A DNA stretch of 63,924 nucleotides, counting the filler, from Hausera hauseri (Eukaryota): the NCBI GenBank assembly GCA_046269625.1. It is 10 parts of 10 records of this genome, joined end to end, with 100 filler letters (N's around TTAATTAATTAA, not from the genome) between each part and the next. Parts side by side here need not be neighbours in the genome. Positions count along the whole stretch, not along the records: positions 51,550 to 55,539 come from JBJURY010835526.1; positions 55,640 to 59,715 come from JBJURY010777202.1; positions 59,816 to 63,924 come from JBJURY010756653.1; 7 more parts are not named here. One strand, 5' to 3'. The number at the start of each line of letters is the position of its first letter. Position 1 is the stretch's first letter. Positions 52,021 through 63,924 of this stretch are shown here, one piece after another. The notes below the pieces were generated by a model that was not told the DNA's origin, did not search any database, and saw only the letters and a program-made list of their open reading frames with translations. A program made the position numbers and the translations under genes.

Positions 52021-52889
52021 TTCTAAATTTAAACAAATTAACGTTTAAAATAGATTACAATTATAAATAAAATAAATTAAAATACATACATTTGTAAAAT
52101 TAAACACACAAAAATGAAACCAAACATTTTCTATATTTTTCGCAAAGTGCAATGCAAATGAGAAACAGCAGCCCAGTAATGAGAATGAAATGAAAGTCTG
52201 AAAATTCTGGAACTGGAACGATTCGTAACAAAATGTCTAATTAAAAGTGTGAAAAGTCCATGATGGAATAATTGATTGTGTTAATTCAAACATGGGTTCT
52301 CGAATTTGTTTGACCTTGTAGAAATTTTTGAAAATTTTGGTTATACTGCAGATAATGTTCGGTAATTTGATTCTGGATGGATTGTCAATTCTGCAATAAA
52401 AATTTGTCGGCTAATCTGGCCCTGATATGGCCTATGGCTTTTGTATAAATGACATTTAAATTTGTGGTTACTCACTATTCTTGATTGTTTGAAATTTGTC
52501 TGTGTTTACAAATGGTTGAAATACTGTTGTTTATTTTAGGATAGCATTCATGGGTTAATTTGGAACGAACAAATTAGTTGGAATTGTTGGAATTTGAACA
52601 GTTCAATGCAGAGGATACGAGAAGCAAATTGAATGATGAATTGTTTTGACTGCCAGCAGAGACAAAACGAAGAACGGTAATTACGAGCAGAATTCGTGAC
52701 GGTTTAGGGCGATGAATGATCGTCATTTAATCGAGAGGTCGGGTTGTGTCCAGGACCGCGGCATTACACCTAACGTTTCTTCCAACTCTGAAAAAGGATT
52801 CGGTCCTCCGGATTTGTCCACTTGTTGACGTCGATGTAACTGCGGACTTTTGGTCTGACTGCTAGAGTGACATAGTTTACTGCCAGATC

Positions 52890-53264
52890 CTATGAAATAG
52901 ACGTTGAAAAGTGATAGTAAATTGAGGGTTGACGGCAGTATGAGCAGGCGATGTCGATTTGAAAGGTTACGTTGAGTGCATTGCCGTGATCAAGGGTTTG
53001 AAGGAATTGTGAACAAATCTTATTAAAACAGTTTGCGCATATGGTATGATTGCATTGGAATTGGACTACCGTTGTACGTGAGGTAAAACAAATAGTACAT
53101 TCATGTGAAAGAATGTCAGTGTATAATAGGAATAGTAGTGATGTCCAAAAACTAGATGACGCTAGGTTGGTAGTGTGATTCTTTCTGGAAGCAACGGTAA
53201 TAGTTTTGGCATTACAACAACTAAAATGATAGACAATTTGGGGGGTTTGAGGCATAAACAACAT
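52890..53264 (-). CDS. C3HC4 RING finger protein, possibly degenerate
   Basis: CTIC...CNHTICANC...CSYCR. Confidence 0.7.
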   Translation of the reverse strand: MLFMPQTPQIVYHFSCCNAKTITVASRKNHTTNLASSSFWTSLLFLLYTDILSHECTICFTSRTTVVQFQCNHTICANCFNKICSQFLQTLDHGNALNVTFQIDIACSYCRQPSIYYHFSTSIS

Positions 53265-53860
53265 GCAAGGAGTTGGAAACCCGGGGATGAAAAATGCGCT
53301 TTTATATTCCAGATCTATTAATATGTTTTATAGTCAGGTAATACGAGGGTTTGGAGTGTTGTTCCATCGAGTAAAGATTGGTATACATCCGATGCATATA
53401 CATCATGTTTTAAGCAGTACTTCGTCTCAAACTTGCATATAGGGAAATGGCGGTATTGATCTTGCTTGGGATTTAGCTTGAGTTGAGCGCTGGAAACATT
53501 ATATGTAGATCATAGAACAAGTCGATGCACGATATCAAGGATGACTCTGCACTCCATACATTCGGGATAATCTGAAAATAGGAAAAATCAATTGGATTTT
53601 CATCCAATAATTATTAGAAATATAATAACATTAGTATTCTGAATATAAAATGAATCTGTTAAGTATTTACAGTTTGTGCTAGAGATGATGTATACATAGG
53701 TACTGAGGAGGTTCACAATAGTCGTTCACTTAGGCGAATTATGGGTACCGGGTCTCTTATAACTCGCGGCAGAGATGATGGTTAAGATCAAAAAACCATT
53801 ATTATGGGAAACAGGTAGTTTCAGTAAACATAGTAGTAAGCCCAAAGGTGCTACTATGAT

Positions 53861-53966
53861 TGTGGTGTCCACAGCAGCCGGTGCCCTTTGGGCCATTTGG
53901 TTGAACACGGCCGGGTGACCGTTGCCGCCGCGTCGAGCCTATAGGCAGGCCCCGATCTTTCGCCTC
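53861..53966 (-). repeat. GC-rich structured dispersed repeat, copy 2
   Basis: Homologous to 39072-39176. Confidence 0.8.
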
Positions 53967-55229
53967 AAAAGAATTATAAAATTCAGCCAGATTACGCTTT
54001 GTAGAGCGCAGTCGGTAATCGAATGATATCAAGAAATCATGTTACAGTTGAAAGGCTTAGCAAAACAAATTGTTATATGATCATAGTTTAAATTGAACAC
54101 ACATTCGTGTTTAAAAGTGAAACGCGAAGATCCATCCGAATCCGGCTCAGTGAAATCCATTAATAAAATTCAAGAAAATACCAATATATCCGTTGTTTCC
54201 ACGTCTCAACCCATTAATAAAGATGTAAACCAAATTAAAACATTTAAAAACGGAGCCCAGGTAGGACATTCTCGTCTCTGGGGTAGTTGCGGTTCTGCTG
54301 GAACATTACAATTGAATTTTGACAAAAAAATTGTTACCAAAGCCGATTCCGGTACTTCAGATCCATTCAGAATCAGACTCAAGTCAATCAAATCATTCAG
54401 TTCTCTAACACTCTAAAAACATTAAGAACCATTTTCTATTTGAGCGAAACAAACATTTACAAATTTAGTCTCGAAGAAACTAACACATGTAAATAAAGCA
54501 TATTACTTGAATGATGTACCAAAGATAATATTTTTTTGCTTGCTCCAAATTTTCCAGATCGGACACAAGATCGAATCTAACCAAAAATTATTTGCTGACG
54601 CAGATAGCTTATCATCAGATACATCATGCTCCACTGACCAAAATAATACTTCACTACATGAAGAAAAGGTGCAATCTATTCATATGCAGCATTTTCTGCG
54701 TTGGAAAGGAAAAGTAAAAGCGATATTTAAAAATTTATTAAACAAGTCTTTTTCAAAGAGATTAATAAAAATTTTCAACATGGAATATGAAGATAAAGAA
54801 AAGCTGTTGCATTATAAGGTAATTTTGGTTATTGTATTTATATTTTTGTACGAAGTAATCAGTAAAAAGCGAAACCGCAGTTTGTTTAAGCGGATTAAAT
54901 TTCGGAATCTGATATCATACTTTGTGTTATAGGTACTAAAATTTGTGCAGAATACCCTAAATTTAATCAATGTTTATATTCCGCAGTTTGATTTTTTATT
55001 TGAAATCTTATTTATATATTATTTAAATAATGTTAATCAAATTGACATTCAATGAATATATTGCTTTTATAAAGCTTGTCATATTCACCCAATGGTGCAC
55101 AGAATAGGCAACACGCCATAATTGCATAGTTTAAAACCCTCTTTAGTTTATTAGAATTTATATCTTGTCAAACTCCAAATTATCTGCATGCTTATATTCA
55201 AAAGTTTCCATAAAAGCACACAAACTTAT

Positions 55230-55518
55230 AGGCACTTACATAGTATCACCCCATTGAACATTCACTCAAAAATATAATATGCATACAAACAAATTCTCCT
55301 TAGAGACGATGCTATTTACTTGTTATGGAATAATGTATACGTAAATTAAAGGTCGATTAAAATGTTAGTGTAATTTTTGGTTGCATGACGAGACGGGGAT
55401 TATGCTGTACAAGTGCCCTATAACAAGGAAACAGCATCGTTGCTAAGGGAAATTTGCTTTGTGTGTTTGTTAAATTTTTGAGCGCATGTTCAAGGGCAGC
55501 GATATTGTATAAGTGCCT
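55230..55518. mobile_element. MITE-like foldback element with ~100-bp imperfect terminal inverted repeats
   Basis: AGGCACTTA..TTGAACAT..CTCAAAAAT..CCTTAG..ACGATGCT..CTTGTTAT is mirrored at 55419-55518. Confidence 0.75.
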
Positions 55519-55814
55519 GATATAGAATAATGCATATTANNNNNNNNNNNNNNNNNNNNNNNNNNNNNNNNNNNNNNNNNNNNTTAATTAATTAANNNNN
55601 NNNNNNNNNNNNNNNNNNNNNNNNNNNNNNNNNNNNNNNTGGTAGGTATACCAAAGAACATTACATGTATTTATCGTGAACATGGTTCACATTGTGCTCA
55701 TAAAAAGTGTTTAGTGTTATGTCAAAGTTATATTGTTACAAAATAAAAGTGTTATGAAAAGTTGTTCGTTTTATAAGACTTAAGGTATATTGAAAAACAT
55801 GTATTTAACAACAA

Positions 55815-56111
55815 TCACAAAATAATAGTATCATCACTCTCACTGCCACTGTCAGGTTCTGTGTCTGGTAAGAATTCATGTAGGGTTTTTATCAGGCGCC
55901 TTACCCATGTTACATACAGGCACTGGTCTTCAGCATCCTGGACTATCACATACTCGCACTTTGTTCTGCATAGCGGACAAGATATTTTACTGCATAGCCA
56001 TTTGTGTAGACAGCTTATACAGAAAGTATGTGTATCGCATGTCGCTATTCTCATTGTTTTATACGACATCTGCTCCCAACAAATCGTACAAGTTTTTGAC
56101 ATTTTGAAATA
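55815..56111 (-). CDS. Small RING finger protein with acidic tail
   Basis: MSKTCTIC...CDTHTFCISCLHKW...SCPLCR; intact ORF. Confidence 0.8.
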   Translation of the reverse strand, partial: YFKMSKTCTICWEQMSYKTMRIATCDTHTFCISCLHKWLCSKISCPLCRTKCEYVIVQDAEDQCLYVTWVRRLIKTLHEFLPDTEPDSGSESDDTIIL

Positions 56112-56544
56112 ATGAAAGACTAATGCAAGTAAATGTCTCACTGTATTGATTTTTTATTCAAATATGAAATTTATTCATTTTATTCATCTTACTTGGTCTT
56201 AACCTATATAGTATTTACTTATTTTTACTTGGTCTTATCCTATATCCCACATGACTTGATCAAAAACTCTAGACAATTATTATAACAAACATTTATTGGT
56301 AGAAAACTACAACACATGTCTAATAAGTACAACAACAATGTTCATATTTACATTAATGCAGCATATCCATGAGGCAATGATTCCGTCTTCAAGAATATGC
56401 CTTTTGTCATCAAACCAATCGAGGCTTTTTTCCGCAGCGCAACCTTGGCAATCTGATGTTCCCGGGACTGGATCCTCTTCATCTCGTTGTCTATATGAGT
56501 TTGTTCCCGCAACACTTAATATCTGCAAAGCTTATGTCTTTAGC

Positions 56545-59500
56545 TAATGTGGCCCTTTGAACTACCTTGGCCCGCTTCTTTACCTGACCACCTACATCGA
56601 TGGTGTAAATTTTTGATCTCAACGCCACGAAACGGGTTCTTCCCATTCTCCTAGTCTTTAAACTTCCTGAGGACCTTCTTGTTGGCGGTTGAATAATTTG
56701 GATGATCCTTCGGATAGTCCGAGGTATCCATATACTAAGTCAATTTTGCAAATTTTTCAAAGACATCATCTATGTGAATATGGTACATGAAACTGTCCGT
56801 ATCCATGTACATTAGCTGGAGCTCCTTGAATGTGGGGACCATAATGTTTTAATGAAAGTCATACATCAAGGTCTTGGATGGATCCAATATGGACATGCCC
56901 ACATATATAGGCTTGTTGAACTCAAGTGATGTCTTGAGCATATGGATGCTCACCAGGTTCTCCGTGCAGATTGTGTTGCTGTGGAAGTTGGGCTTAGCGA
57001 TGAGTTTCTTTGCCCACTTACAATCATATACCATCTCGATATTTATCCGGTTCAGGATGTTCTCCATAGTTTTGCCAAAGACCGAGTTGTTATACATATT
57101 GAATTTATTCGTTTCAAACTCGTTTTTGGCATTGGCCCTCAACTGGGTATTGAGGTCTATGTACGGATTTAGCTATTTGTACTGGCTGCACTGCAGAGTC
57201 CGATGAATCCTGATGACTCGAAGTCAATTTTTATGGCCTGTTGGGGATTTATGTAGTGGGATACATACCTCTCCCTGCTTTCGAGGTGGAAGAGCAGATT
57301 CTTATGCTTGTGATTCGCCGGTCTCTTGCTCTCCGGCGGGAAAGGCAGCTACTCATGCCTTGTGTGGATGCTATATGGGTATTCTACATCCACCTCCAGT
57401 ATGTAGCCTGTATCTCCATTGGGATCCATACCTTTAATATCCAGGACTTGAGGCTGCTCCACCCGTTGAAAGTTATCATGAGGCAATGGGTTACTTATTG
57501 CCCATTTATACAGGTTGTTGCTATCCAGGTATAATATATATATTAGGATTCCTGGGATGGATCGTAATCTGCCATGTATTTGTTTTTGGCCTCACTGTAC
57601 CTGTGAATGACCTGGCAGATTCTGCCCCTGATGCCTCTCTCAACCATGAGGACCATATTGTAATCCTTCAAGATCCGGAGCCTTATGCCGGTATAACGCA
57701 GGGCCGCCGTCCAGCTCATTCCTGGAGCTATAAAGATGTGGGCTGGATCTAACTTGTGGCTCTTAAAAGTCACATCCCGGAAGCTTTCGAAGACATCTGT
57801 AAGCAACAGCACATCTGTGAGGAGATAGATATCACTGTATTCCCCATGGCCCTGCACTGGAAGGTCTGCCATACTCTTTGGGCATGCTCATAGTCAGCAT
57901 CGCTAATATGACTGTATGACAACTGACTATAGAAGTCCTCCAATGCTTCTTCATTCAGTGCTTTCCATAACGTAATATAGTCATAGAGGAACACTCCTTT
58001 CCGCTTCACCAGGTCAAATGTATCTGGGAATAACCTCTTCGTTTCCTTGAACTCATTAGCTGGAAGGTTATTCACGAGGCTGTCCAGTGACGAGCTCATG
58101 AAGCGGAAGCAATATATGAAACGAAGTCTAATTCAGCGCACGTGCTTCGTGAAGGTGATGTACTTCACCTCACTATTTGGAATCACATCAATGTCCCCTT
58201 CAATATTATCCAATTCTCGAACAATGAAGTGGGAATCGTATCCACTAAGATTGTGGAAAACCACGGGAACATATGAACATGTCTTGCAGCGTAAGTAGCA
58301 ACTGTTGCACGCTGCACCTCGGTATATGCCTGTAAAATGGCAGTGATCTCTGACTTTGTGATTGTCCAATGTGAATGGCTTTCTGTATAAGTAGCATGTT
58401 GCTGCTTTGCGCCATTCACTTTTTCTTGCTGCAACATCACCATGTAGCCCTTATGTTTCTGCAACATGTCTTCAAGTTTGCGGGCATACTGTTCCATACG
58501 CTGCATAAAATGTGCTGCTGCATTTAGACTCTTGTATAGGTAGGGTTCTTTGTCTAGTCCTTTGATATACATGCAGTATGATGATAACTCATGGTACTGG
58601 TATGCTGTAGTACTGCTTTGCTGCAGATTGGGGCTGCAGCTGTGAACTGGGCTGAGGATGGCCTCAAAGTTACAATATATGAAAATCGGCATCTTCTGCA
58701 TCTTCTCTAACTCCTTGAATTCCAGGTAATCCTCCTTGAGCAATTCTGCTCGGATGCAATATTTTGTAATGCAGTAGGTCTTGTGCTCCATCAGCTTTTC
58801 TGGGGCTGTATCTCCATTAAAATGGATAAAGCATCTTTCGCATATTTCCAGCCTTGATTTATGCTTGGATATTTGGGATCCTACAAGGCGCTCAAAATTT
58901 TTATCCAGATGAAATGCCTTGTTTCTCCATCATCTAGCAGCAGCAGATCCCTATGATCCTCCAATTCCTCCTTGCACACATGTAAGGGATAAAATTTGTC
59001 CTCCTCCAATCCAAAAATGTTGATGGAGATGTTGTTTACGCTTTCAAATTCCGATGCATCATCTAGGTTCGGCGTGAATAAAGTACAGCTGAAGTCGTAT
59101 GTGTGCTGCACTTAGTCATATATGCAAAATCGGGAAGCATTATGTTGATCCTGGACTAGTTTTGACAAAATAGAATATATGGAACACATGCTGCCTCATT
59201 ATGAACATTGATGCATGCCTTTTTCTTAACTATCCATTCAGAAAGCTGTATACAGGAGCTGCCTCTCATGGGAGAATACTTGTACACATGCACAAGTAAC
59301 CACTTTATTGCTTCCAAAGTCCAACCGCTCTTCTTGTCCTGGCTTTCTTCGGCTTCGCGGATGAGCCTTGCATTGTCCCCAGTAATGAAATCCTTAATAT
59401 TAAAGGATTTTAATAGTGGCCTGCTTTTTGTCTTGAAGGCTCTACTAGACAGCTCTCCTTCAACATTGGTGAAGGTGGCTTTTAATTTGAAGCTCATCTT

Positions 59501-59715
59501 AAGGGCTTTCAGCTCCAACAAGTTGTTCTGGAGAATTCCTGCTGCCTCCTCCTTTGAATATTTCAGAAAATCATGGAGCGATGTCTGCCCCACTGCTGCT
59601 ATGAAGTATCGCCGCCTTTTGCTCTTCAGTGCAGCTACATAAACTGGTCGCTGCCGTTGACTTTTTAGCGATACATCATTAGCTACCACTGCATCTATTT
59701 ACGCTCCTCTGATGA
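56545..59715 (-). mobile_element. Maverick/Polinton (adintovirus)-type protein-primed family B DNA polymerase, frameshifted
   Basis: KVRDHCH.TG.YRGAA, VVFHNLSGYDSH, KGVF.YDY, YL.TDVLLL.DVFE.FR, GIRG, YLD.NNLY, NNSVFGKTMEN, KPIYVGMSILD, YMDTDS. Confidence 0.9.
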
Positions 59716-59899
59716 NNNNNNNNNNNNNNNNNNNNNNNNNNNNNNNNNNNNNNNNNNNNTTAATTAATTAANNNNNNNNNNNNNNNNNNNNNNNNNNNNN
59801 NNNNNNNNNNNNNNNTTTTTAATTTTGCAACAAAAATAACCACAAGTGAAATCTTGAAGACATTGGCCATTAAAGAAAAATTTGAAATTCTAAATTGGT

Positions 59900-60110
59900 T
59901 CAGCTGATGTATCGCTGCACATACATGATTGCATTAACGGTCGGATTGCGCTCAAGTAATTCGTGCATAATTCCTGTCCGGTCCCAACAAATGCATAGCA
60001 TCGTTTCCCGAGAATGAAGGTCTTGTTTTGAACTTGGAGTTGCCTGTTTGTCCGGGCTTAACCATTCTTTTCGTTGTTTCATATTGGCATAAAGACAGAT
60101 AAAGCATTGC
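59900..60110 (-). mobile_element. Mariner transposase fragment
   Basis: Y.N.K.RK.W..P......K..LH....MLCI.WD..GI..ELL....TVNA..Y. Confidence 0.75.
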
Positions 60111-61709
60111 TTCAGAAACAAACCCCACTACCCGAGAGAACCAAGATCACATCGACAAAAATTGAAATGCGAGAACCGAACTGAAAGATGTGACATTACA
60201 GAAGGAATATGACGACAGAAATCAAATGCGAGGACCAGAAAGAGAGATATCGAATAACATAATGGTAAGGATGATGAAAACCGAGGAGAATCCAGTTGTG
60301 CACCCAGAGGTAAATATGCGGGAAGCTGAAAGAAGCGAACGAAAGAACAGAAAGGAAAAATGGGAAACCGACAAAGTGTCATCGGCTCTTAAGACATCGG
60401 GAACGGGAAACTAACAGCAGACAAGAGAAGGAACTGGAAAGACTGATGCCCAGGTATGGAGCAACTAGAACCCCTGGGCGGATGAACGAGTATCCCCGAA
60501 AGAAACCACTTGAGACGCCACCGAAGAACCGCTTGAAATAATAGAACTCAACAGCTCCACCAAAGAATCCCTTCTCTCGGAAAGTGACAGAAGAGAATTA
60601 GTGGATCTAGACCACGAGAATAGATCTAGCCTACTGTTCTACTCTACGTCGACCGTATCGAAGACGAGGTGAGTTCGGCGTCTTCCACCACGGAGGTATG
60701 GGAGAGTATAACAATATCTCAGGCCTAGATCGCTCAATCAGAAAATCTTGGCTCCATCAGACCTACGACCCTACCTCTGGGATACAGGATACGGTTCGAT
60801 ATAAATCGATAACCTATTCCTTGCTGATCCTACTCGGATTCCGAACGGCAAACGATCTGTAACAGCATGTTCGATATGTACCGCACCCATCGCGGTTGCC
60901 AATCAGCAACCCCTATGCGTTGTCACGAATCCGTCTACGCAAATTCTATTCCGACGCTGAAAATATGCGTGTTCTATTCGTCAGGATTCATGATAGTCTT
61001 CATTAGATTGATGATGGCTATCGATAGACTCCTCACGTCAATGAGTCATTAAGTAAGCCGACTCATTCCTGAAGCCTATGAGGCAATACCCTCGAGTCGC
61101 ACACTACGATGTGGACAAGTCACTCATTTCTACCTTACGTCGTGATACCGGAGCCATCCGCGTCTTCGACAGATGAGTGTGACATATTTGCTGGCGAGAG
61201 AATGAATTCTAATAAACATTTATTACCTTGTTCGATTCTTGTTTATTCGCTCTATGAGTTTTATTAAGGTTTGTGATACTAAGTTATCTAGGGCCAAAAA
61301 CACCGGAATAGAAACCCCCAAATACCATTTTTCGTCACTAGTAACGACGCGATAAAGAAAACGCTCCTTGTTACCGCATTTTGCGAAATGACGAGCGAGC
61401 AAACCGGCGGAAATTGTTCAGAGTTGATTTTTGATGTCTTGGTTCAGTGTGATACTAGGGATATGACTACATAAGTTTTTATTAAATTTTAATTACCCTA
61501 TAGTTGAAGTCGATGAATAATTACTTCTTGAGTAGAATTATGTAACTTTTGTGTTATTTTATTCAAAAAGTGTTCCCCGCCCAAGGAAATTTTGAAATGG
61601 CCGTGTAACAAATAACACTGAATAAACATATGTGCGTAAGAAGTAGCAAGAAACTAAAAAATATTAACAGTAACAAATTTAAAGTTCAGGTATTTGTCAC
61701 ATTTACAAT

Positions 61710-63542
61710 TTTATTCTTTCATGAATTTGATACATAGTTGCGCCACAATGTTGGTTCGTGGAACTTAAATTCTCGATTGTCCATGATTCCAGTGGGTATT
61801 AAAACATTTAATGAAAGAAGCGCAGTTGAGTTTGTCAATGGTCATGTTCAAAGATTCAGTAATTTTTTCACTGTACTTTTGACCTAATAACCAGGCTCCT
61901 TGCCAATGATTTGCCACAAATTCGACTACCATTTTTTGCTTACTCCTCCATCCTGGTAGCGGGAAGTAGGTTAGAAGACAGTATATAGCACAGATGTTCT
62001 ATCGTGCTGAATGGAGGGAAGGTAATTTCTTCCACTTTATCATGGTAAACTTACTATGTGACTTGTAGTAGTGTAAACTTTGCATAAACCAAACAAAAAG
62101 TGAAATTATTTCTCCATCCAGGATTTCCAGTTTTCAGGAGTTCAACTTCTTCTACATAGAGGAGTTGAAGTTCTGCGTATCTTTTTTTCACTTCGTTGAC
62201 GAATTCGTAATTGAACGTAGGTTTTATAGACCGTCCTTCAATAAAGAAATCTAACAAATGTTTGAGTAAAAGATCCAAAATGTGATGCTGACAACCAATG
62301 TATTGCGGTTTTGGCAAACGCCGCCTGACACATCCCTCTGAATTTGCACTACAACGCCATTCAGTCGACCAGTGTTGACTACAGTGGTGTGGCAAATTAT
62401 CATTCGAATGCTGGACCAAGCGTCATACTCATCAATTATCACTTTTATAGATTCGAAACATGTCGTGAAGAACCACATTCACATTTAATAACTCCCATAT
62501 TCACTTGTATCTTATCACTTTCCAGGCACACTACTTTATATTCATCATTGTTCATTTTCTTACCATCAAAATGCAAAGAAAATATTTTGTCATTTAACAA
62601 CACTTCCTTAATTCTATCTTTTATCAAAGTACTCTATATTACATCTCTATTACAAACTCCAGAATGAGAAGGAGTCGGTAGTTTCACATAATCTGACACT
62701 AGGTTTTTACAGACAGCAGAGGCTTTTGGCGTTGATAAATGATGTTTGGTTACTAGTTTGCTTGCAGTTTCAGTGGAAGAATGTGTCGTATGCTTTTCTG
62801 AACTGTCACACGAAAGTGTGAAACACCAATCTAGGTCATAACGGTCATCAGTCCTGTCAACTTCACTTTCTTCAGAACTTTCACTTTCATCACTCTACGT
62901 AGTCTGCTATGCAGAACAGCATCTGGTCGAATAAGTTTATCAGTTATTTTTAAACATTTTCTCTTGGAAAGGTGGATGGAGGAAACTGGTGCAACTTTGT
63001 TTGGTGCCCACTTTTCCTCCTGACTTTATTTGCTTCAAATACATTTGCTTTTCTTCTTGACATAGCTACAATCCATCAATTTTCATAATATCATATACTG
63101 CTCTCATTTCCTTTTCAAACATGTTATCTCTTCTTCTCAGGTACTTATAGTGCTGACTGACAAGTTTATTAATTTTTGCAATATTAACCTAGTGACTGAA
63201 TGCTGGGAAGTTAAATTTGAACCACAGTTCAAATATCTCATTACACACTTGAAATATTCTTGATTTTCTTTCTTTACTTTGTTCGTACAAAAACAGAAAG
63301 CGACCAACAACATATTTTACAATTTGTCCTTCATTCCTCTGCACTAAAACAACATTTTCCCTTCGCTTTAACTTTCCAACCAAAAGTAAGTTTTTGGACA
63401 AAATATCAGCATTATTATCAACAGCTTTCTTTGACTCTTTACAACATAACATGTTTATTTGCCTAAAACAAAACGAAGAAATGTAGTTTTTTGAAAGTAG
63501 ATTATTGGTATATGACAAAGTAGTTGTTAAATAGTCACCCAA
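61710..63542 (-). mobile_element. Decayed DDE transposase, hAT-related (hATx/hATm-like)
   Basis: FSLHFDGK, II.(D>H)TT.VNTG..NG, YIGCQHHILDL.LKH (C(2)H motif). The subfamily label is from memory and tentative. Confidence 0.6.
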
Positions 63543-63924
63543 ATATTACATACTGCTCATGAAGACCTTTCAAAAAAGTATATTTAAAATACATTCATAT
63601 GTATTACCAATAAAACGTTCTAACTTTGTTTACGTTACAAATTACAATAAATGGCTTTTCAAGAACTTTGATATTTTATACCTCTAACTTGTTGTTTGCC
63701 TAATTATGGAATTATTGATTTAACATTTTTAATTTTCTCATTTACTTCAAATATTTCAACATAAAAATGTGTTGAAGAGTTGGATGTTTACCTTCAATAG
63801 CTGATATTTCATCAGATGCCTGATTTCTTAATTTTCTTAATTAAGTCTAGTTTTTTTGTTCCAGGTTTCTGAAAATGTTGTATCTTTTCTTCAGTAAAAA
63901 TGTTTTGATTTTTCACTTGCGTTG

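Noticed and set aside
4478-59815. Regularly recurring TTAATTAATTAA, and ORFs ending in X...LIN
   Set aside because: Artificial assembly linkers, not a biological repeat or CRISPR-like array. Cross-gap gene order was not used as evidence.
60120-61701. Possible retroelement remnant and solo LTR (TGTGACA at ~61178, TGTCACA at ~61695)
   Set aside because: No TSD, no clear PPT and no coding motif

Overview
AT-rich metazoan genomic DNA with very short (41-51 nt) GT-AG introns. Ten contigs are joined by artificial 100-nt N44-TTAATTAATTAA-N44 spacers, so adjacency across spacers is not evidence of linkage. About 60% of the window is five decayed, partial, mutually diverged copies of one Ty3/Gypsy-type LTR family (1-4477, 4578-17336, 17437-23726, 31401-35920, 42790-51449). 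Overlapping them gives an unusual element, probably over 15 kb. Its order is: Gag zinc knuckle, coiled-coil region, ubiquitin-like domain, AT-hook, chuvirus-like class III fusion glycoprotein placed BEFORE pol, PR-RT-RNaseH-IN, an integrase-fused type I membrane protein (two Cys domains, Thr-rich stalk, FN3-like domain, TM), a conserved TGA-CAA-YTA readthrough-type stop plus splice acceptor, an ORF with a catalytically dead ISG20/REX4-like DEDDh exonuclease fold and a C3HC4 RING finger, then PPT and LTR. Copy-specific disablements suggest the ancestor encoded one or two very long polyproteins. The rest of the window holds a Mag-like Gypsy element, a Maverick/Polinton-type pPolB with a RING ORF, mariner and hAT-like transposase relics, a MITE, a structured 105-bp dispersed repeat, and host gene fragments (MAP3K-like kinase, GPCR, ABCF3 N-terminus, forkhead, CYP). 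All domain calls are by-eye motif recognition; no searches were run.
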